Assembly: GCA_947588355.1 (NCBI GenBank)
Contig: CANPYI010000003.1
Coordinates: forward strand, 16,225 to 80,224
Length of the DNA stretch: 64,000 bases
Source: an uncultured Clostridia bacterium
GTDB taxonomy: Bacteria > Bacillota > Clostridia > Christensenellales > UBA1242
Direction: 5' to 3'
Below, one piece after another: positions 59,381 to 64,000 of this stretch (positions within the stretch are counted from its first letter, which is position 1; each line of letters begins with the position of its first letter). The translations under genes and the position numbers were made by a program. The notes beneath the pieces were generated by a model that worked only from the letters and a program-made list of their open reading frames with translations, made no database searches and was not told where the DNA came from.

Positions 59381-60025
59381 ATGTTGTCAATCAAAAATCT
59401 TACATTAAAGTACACAAAAGAATTTCCTGCTTTGGACGACATCAGCCTTGACGTTGCTGTTGGAGAGAGTGTGGCGTTTGTCGGCGAACTCAACAGCGGA
59501 AAAACAACACTTTTGCGCGTGATTGCCAAGTTGGAAGAGCCTGACAGTGGCGAAGTGTACATCAACAAAATTCCACTGAAAAAAATCGACTTCAAAACTG
59601 ACCTTAGTGTTGGATATGTGCCATATTGCCCTGTTTTTTTGGAAAACAAAACAGTTTACGAAAATTTTAGATATATCTTAAACAAAAAAGGTGTCAGGCC
59701 TTCTGATGCGGAAAAAATGATAAACAACGCAATCATTGATTTTTCTCTGGAAAAAATTCGCGACGAAAAAGTGAAAAATATTCGCAAAGAGGACAAATAT
59801 ATTTTATCTTTGATACGTCTCACCTTTCGCCCTCTCGACTTGCTTTTGGTGGACAATATCTTTGATGAGATTTCGGACGTGTATATCGACGCCATTCTCA
59901 GCATGATAAAAAAACTGAAAGGGCCGGACACAACACTTATTTTGGCATGCACCCGCCCAGAGATAGCCGAAAAACTTTGCAAGAGAAAAATTTATTTCGA
60001 ACACGGCAAAGTTGTTGAAGAATAA
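59381..60025 (+). CDS. Stand-alone ABC ATPase-like protein (FtsE-like size), degenerate motifs
   Basis: Walker A GELNSGKTT; signature replaced by NIRKEDK; Walker B reads LLLVDN; H-loop lost. Confidence 0.75.
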   Translation: MLSIKNLTLKYTKEFPALDDISLDVAVGESVAFVGELNSGKTTLLRVIAKLEEPDSGEVYINKIPLKKIDFKTDLSVGYVPYCPVFLENKTVYENFRYILNKKGVRPSDAEKMINNAIIDFSLEKIRDEKVKNIRKEDKYILSLIRLTFRPLDLLLVDNIFDEISDVYIDAILSMIKKLKGPDTTLILACTRPEIAEKLCKRKIYFEHGKVVEE

Positions 60026-60034
60026 TCGCAATTC

Positions 60035-60061
60035 AAAAAAAACAGCCTAATTGCTGTTTTT
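60035..60061. terminator. Bidirectional intrinsic terminator
   Basis: AAAAAACAGC-CTAATT-GCTGTTTTT between convergent genes. Confidence 0.7.
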
Positions 60062-60578
60062 ATTTTTTTTCTGCTTTTTTGACATCAATTTTCACTTCAT
60101 CGGAAATAGGCTCGGAAAGGACCAAAATTTCTTCATCGCTTTTGGAATTCTTCTTCGTTTGACCGGCAACCATTCTGAAAGTCAATTTCACATCTTTATC
60201 TGCTGAAAAACGAAATACGCGGTCGCCATACTCTTCATATCCCAGATATCCTGCCTCCTTGCCAACTCCGTTTGTTTTGCTGATAAGATAAGTCAGATTG
60301 TACCAATAATCTTTTTTTGGAAACACAAGAGTGTAATCATCGCCAAGTTCTTCGCCAAAAACAAGAGAAAGATTTTCCTCACTGCTTGAAATTTGCAAGC
60401 CAACGTACTTGTCCTTCACGCGATCATCGTCGTCCAAAACAACTTTTATGGCATAATCTGTGGAAAGTGCACCAGTGATATCACTGATATGAGCGACCGT
60501 AAGTTTTGTTTGGTCCTCACAACCAACCGCCAAAAAGCAAAAACAAAGGCACAAAAAAACTAAAAAACATTTTTTCAT
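60060..60578 (-). CDS. Hypothetical lipoprotein
   Basis: Signal peptide with LAVGC lipobox. Confidence 0.75.
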   Translation of the reverse strand: MKKCFLVFLCLCFCFLAVGCEDQTKLTVAHISDITGALSTDYAIKVVLDDDDRVKDKYVGLQISSSEENLSLVFGEELGDDYTLVFPKKDYWYNLTYLISKTNGVGKEAGYLGYEEYGDRVFRFSADKDVKLTFRMVAGQTKKNSKSDEEILVLSEPISDEVKIDVKKAEKK

Positions 60579-60651
60579 GTTTATATGTTGTGCAAACTAT
60601 AAAAAAATATCAAAAAAAAGACCATTTTTGTGGCCTTTTTTAACTTTAAAT

Positions 60652-61179
60652 TTAAAAATTCACTTCAATAAGTCCAAATCTGCCATCATTTCTGCGATAA
60701 AGCACATTCACCTTTCCTGTTTCTGCATTAAGGAAAATAAAGAAGTTGTGTCCAAGTCGCTCAATGGCATCTTTGGCTTCTTCAAGCATGATAGGTGAAA
60801 GATCAAATGATTTCTTGCGATAAATTTCTGGCAATTTAAGTTCTGGCATTTCGTCAAGAAATTCAAATCCCAAATTTTTTGGAGCAGTGCGTTTTTTCTG
60901 AGTTAGTTTTTCGCGATTTCTGACAATTTGTTTTTCAAGTTTTGGCAATGCAAGATCAATGTTTTCGTAGTTGTTCAGTCCGGAAACTTCACTGCGATAC
61001 AAAAGACCTTTGTTGGTGATTGTCACTTCCAATTTTTCGTTTTTGCCTTGTTTTGAGCAAACAACTCTTGCAGATGCACCCTCTCCAAAATATTTGTCCA
61101 ATTTGTTCAATTTGTCGGTCATGACATCTTTAAATCTTTTTGCAATCTTATATTTATTTTCCACAAAAGTAATTTTCAT
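60652..61179 (-). CDS. hpf: Ribosome hibernation promoting factor (long HPF)
   Basis: KLNKLDKYF, LEVTI, IDLALPKLEKQI; C-domain LGHNFFIFLNAET..NVLYRR.DG.FGLIE. Confidence 0.9.
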   Translation of the reverse strand: MKITFVENKYKIAKRFKDVMTDKLNKLDKYFGEGASARVVCSKQGKNEKLEVTITNKGLLYRSEVSGLNNYENIDLALPKLEKQIVRNREKLTQKKRTAPKNLGFEFLDEMPELKLPEIYRKKSFDLSPIMLEEAKDAIERLGHNFFIFLNAETGKVNVLYRRNDGRFGLIEVNF

Positions 61180-61245
61180 ATAGTTCTCCTTTTAAATTAC
61201 ATCTTAGATTTTATCAAATTGTTCAGTTTTTTCCAAACAAATTTA

Positions 61246-63684
61246 TCACTTTGCAACAAAAGTAAGTTCTGTTCCATTCAAGCCAACTTCAATCAAACCC
61301 TTGTCAGGCAATTTTCCAAGCAAAATCTTTTCGGCAATTTTGTCTTCTATTTCTTGCTCAATAAAGCGTTTCAACGGCCTTGCACCATAAATCAAATTGC
61401 TGCCTTTTGCCACAATAAAGTCTATCGCCTCGGGACTGACATTTATTTGCAATCCTTTCAAGCGTTTGTTTATGCCAGAAATCATAATGTTTGAAATCTT
61501 CATGAGGTCTTGTTTTGAAAGGCTTTCAAAAATGCATATCACATCAATTCGATTGATAAGTTCGGGCTTAAATTTCTTTTTCAAAGCGTCCATATAAATG
61601 TCGCGTTCCGATGCTCTTTCTGTGCTTTCACTGCCAAAGCCAAGTTGTTTTGAACTGCGAATCTCACTTGCACCAATGTTGCTTGTCATGATGATCACCG
61701 TGTTTTTGAAACTTACTGTTCTGCCTTTGCTGTCCGTAAGCCTGCCATCGTCAAGAATTTGCAGCAAACTGTTCAAAACTTCCGGGTGAGCCTTTTCAAT
61801 TTCATCAAAAAGCACAACACTGTAAGGCTTGCGACGAACTTGTTCGGTCAATTGCCCGCCCTCATCAAAGCCAACATATCCCGGAGGAGAGCCAATCAGT
61901 TTTGAAACAGTGTGACTTTCCATATATTCGCTCATGTCAATGCGGATAATGTTGTTTTCGTTGTCAAACAATGCCTCTGCAATCGCTTTTGAAAGTTCTG
62001 TTTTTCCAACACCCGTTGGCCCCATAAACAGAAAACTTCCGATTGGTCGTTTGCTGTCTTGAAGTCCAACACGGGCGCGGCGGATTGCCTTTGAAACTGC
62101 GTTTATGGCTTCGTCTTGACCAATCACACGTTTGTGCAAAATTTCTTCCAAATGCAGCAATTTTTCTTTCTCGCCTTCCGTAAGTTTTGTCACAGGAATG
62201 CCTGTCCATTTTGAAACAACTTCGGCAATTTCGTTTTCTCCGATTTGTCCACTTCCGTGCTTTTTGACAATAGTGTTGTTTTGCTCTTTAAGTTGATTTT
62301 CCAAATTTATGATTTCGGATTGCAATTTGGCTGCTTTTTCATAATTTCTTTGCAAACTTGCCTCATCTCGACTTGCTGACAGGCCTTTAATTTTTTCTTC
62401 CAAGTCACGCACCTTTTGAGGTTTGAGTGTAAAGTTAACTTTTGCACGGCTGCATGCCTCGTCAATAAGGTCAATTGCTTTGTCTGGCAAACTTCGGTCG
62501 GTGATATAACGGTCAGAAAGATTTGCTGCGGCAGAGATTGCAGCATCTGTTATGATAATCTTATGGAAGGCCTCATATGTGTCCTTAAGGCCTTTCAAAA
62601 TCTCGATAGTTTGTTCAACTGACGGTGGATTGACCATAACAGGTTGAAAACGACGCTCCAATGCCTTGTCCGTCTCGATATATTTGCGATATTCATCAGT
62701 CGTGGTCGCACCAATAGTTTGAAGTTCGCCGCGTGCAAGATAAGGCTTCAGCATGTCCGCAGGGCTTGTTTCTCCCTTCTCACTGCCAGCCTGCGCCAAA
62801 GTATGAATTTCGTCAATAAACACAATGATATTGCCATCTTGAATAATGGTCTCTATAGTGTCTTTCAGTTTTTCTTCCATCTGTCCACGATATTTTGTGC
62901 CTGCCATAAGTCCGCCGATTTCCAAAGCAAAAATGCTTTTGTCTTTGATTTCTTCTGGCACGTCACCGCTGGCAATAGCAAGGGCAAGCCCCTCCACAAC
63001 GGCAGTTTTTCCAACACCGGCTTCACCAATAAGGCAAGGATTGTTTTTTGTTTTTCGGCAAAGAATTTCAATCACACGTTGAATTTCTTCCTCTCTGCCA
63101 ATCACAGGGTCAAGTTTGTGCTGACGTGCTTTTAAGGTGATATCGCTGCCCATATCCAACAGTTTCTCCGGCAACTTGCTGCCAATCTGAGAGCCACTTG
63201 CGGAAGAATTGTCGTCATATTTTTTGCTTTTATCCGCACCCGAAGACACTTGAAGTGAGGAAAGAAGTTTTGTTTTCACTTCGTCAACATCTATATTAAA
63301 AAAGTTTTCCATCATTCTTGTGGCATAGCAACTTTTGTTGGAAAGTATCGCGAGCAGCAAATGTTCCGTGCCAATAAAAGAATGCCCCATATCCATGGCG
63401 ATTTGTTGCGCAATTTGAAACAATTCTTTTGTCCGAGGTGTAAGTTCAACGTTGCCAAAAAGTGACACTCCGCTTGCGCTTTCTTCAAAAATCTCAAAAA
63501 GAGCATTTTCTGTGACACCATATTGACTTAAAAGTTTGGATGCAGTACAGTCGGAAACACTGACAAGTCCATACAAGATATGTTCTGTGCCAACAAGGTT
63601 GCTGCCAAAACGCAAGGCAATTTTGCTGGCGTTTTTTATCACCTTTTCAATGCTGTCAGAAAAAAGTCCACTATTCAAAGCCAT
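61246..63684 (-). CDS. clpC: ATP-dependent Clp protease ATPase ClpC
   Basis: Two ClpN repeats (GTEH), GEAGVGKT, UVR-like RNYEKAAKL, GPTGVGKT, LIGSPPGYVG; downstream of mcsB. Alternative TTG start at 63690. Confidence 0.95.
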   Translation of the reverse strand: MALNSGLFSDSIEKVIKNASKIALRFGSNLVGTEHILYGLVSVSDCTASKLLSQYGVTENALFEIFEESASGVSLFGNVELTPRTKELFQIAQQIAMDMGHSFIGTEHLLLAILSNKSCYATRMMENFFNIDVDEVKTKLLSSLQVSSGADKSKKYDDNSSASGSQIGSKLPEKLLDMGSDITLKARQHKLDPVIGREEEIQRVIEILCRKTKNNPCLIGEAGVGKTAVVEGLALAIASGDVPEEIKDKSIFALEIGGLMAGTKYRGQMEEKLKDTIETIIQDGNIIVFIDEIHTLAQAGSEKGETSPADMLKPYLARGELQTIGATTTDEYRKYIETDKALERRFQPVMVNPPSVEQTIEILKGLKDTYEAFHKIIITDAAISAAANLSDRYITDRSLPDKAIDLIDEACSRAKVNFTLKPQKVRDLEEKIKGLSASRDEASLQRNYEKAAKLQSEIINLENQLKEQNNTIVKKHGSGQIGENEIAEVVSKWTGIPVTKLTEGEKEKLLHLEEILHKRVIGQDEAINAVSKAIRRARVGLQDSKRPIGSFLFMGPTGVGKTELSKAIAEALFDNENNIIRIDMSEYMESHTVSKLIGSPPGYVGFDEGGQLTEQVRRKPYSVVLFDEIEKAHPEVLNSLLQILDDGRLTDSKGRTVSFKNTVIIMTSNIGASEIRSSKQLGFGSESTERASERDIYMDALKKKFKPELINRIDVICIFESLSKQDLMKISNIMISGINKRLKGLQINVSPEAIDFIVAKGSNLIYGARPLKRFIEQEIEDKIAEKILLGKLPDKGLIEVGLNGTELTFVAK

Positions 63685-63700
63685 ATACAATCATCTCCTT

Positions 63701-64000
63701 TCAACTTTTTGATACAAGTTCTTTAATCTTCCTATTTATATACTCACTTCGGCGCCGCTGTTCCTCTTTTTCCAAAGAAAAACTTTCAAGTTCTTTCAAA
63801 TTTGCACTGCAACCGTCCACAAAAAGTTTGTCAAATTGTTTTTCATCGGTTATTTTCAAAAAACCTAGTGCTTGTCCAAATTTTACTAGTGCCAATTTTT
63901 CAATCATTTCCTTTTCGCTTAAAAGATGGCAATTTTTCAAAATTCCAAATGCCCGAAAAACTTCGTCAACAACGCTGTCGTGTTGGCGTGCCAAAACATC
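63701..64000 (-). CDS. mcsB: Protein-arginine kinase McsB, C-terminal fragment (runs off window)
   Basis: DEVFRAFGILKNCHLLSEKE...LVKFG..LG...RRRSEYI resembles the McsB C-terminus; directly upstream of clpC. Confidence 0.75.
   Translation of the reverse strand, partial: DVLARQHDSVVDEVFRAFGILKNCHLLSEKEMIEKLALVKFGQALGFLKITDEKQFDKLFVDGCSANLKELESFSLEKEEQRRRSEYINRKIKELVSKS

Overview
64 kb of core chromosome from a low-GC, endospore-forming Bacillota. The gene set looks clostridial, and an uncultured gut lineage is my inference. Housekeeping genes: ileS (partial), valS, ftsK-rimO-pgsA-cinA-recA, tsaE/tsaB, rnj, greA, gpmI, parE/parC, murG, hpf, clpC and mcsB (partial). Sporulation genes: spoVAC/D/E, yunB, two polysaccharide deacetylases and an AprX-like protease. 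There are also three very large surface proteins and one tRNA. I saw no CRISPR array, prophage, integrase or transposase. The most unusual observations are: (1) the tRNA is tRNA-Leu with a rare A34 anticodon (AAG); (2) the IleRS is type 2 with the non-canonical GVHH signature linked to mupirocin hyper-resistance, and a putative HEPN(RxxxxH)-CBS protein is encoded 20 bp upstream; (3) an archaeal-type ValRS has KLSKH in place of KMSKS; (4) three consecutive intact ORFs with eroded catalytic motifs (Ppx/GppA-like, HtrA-like, MreB-like) precede minD-minE with no minC, and CinA and two ABC ATPases are similarly degenerate; (5) ParC has a ~160-aa acidic N-terminal extension with two beta-clamp-binding-like motifs; (6) a 1555-aa GLUG-type surface protein has a compositionally foreign central core; (7) several genes have leaderless promoter architecture. 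All calls come from reading motifs by eye; no database searches were run.
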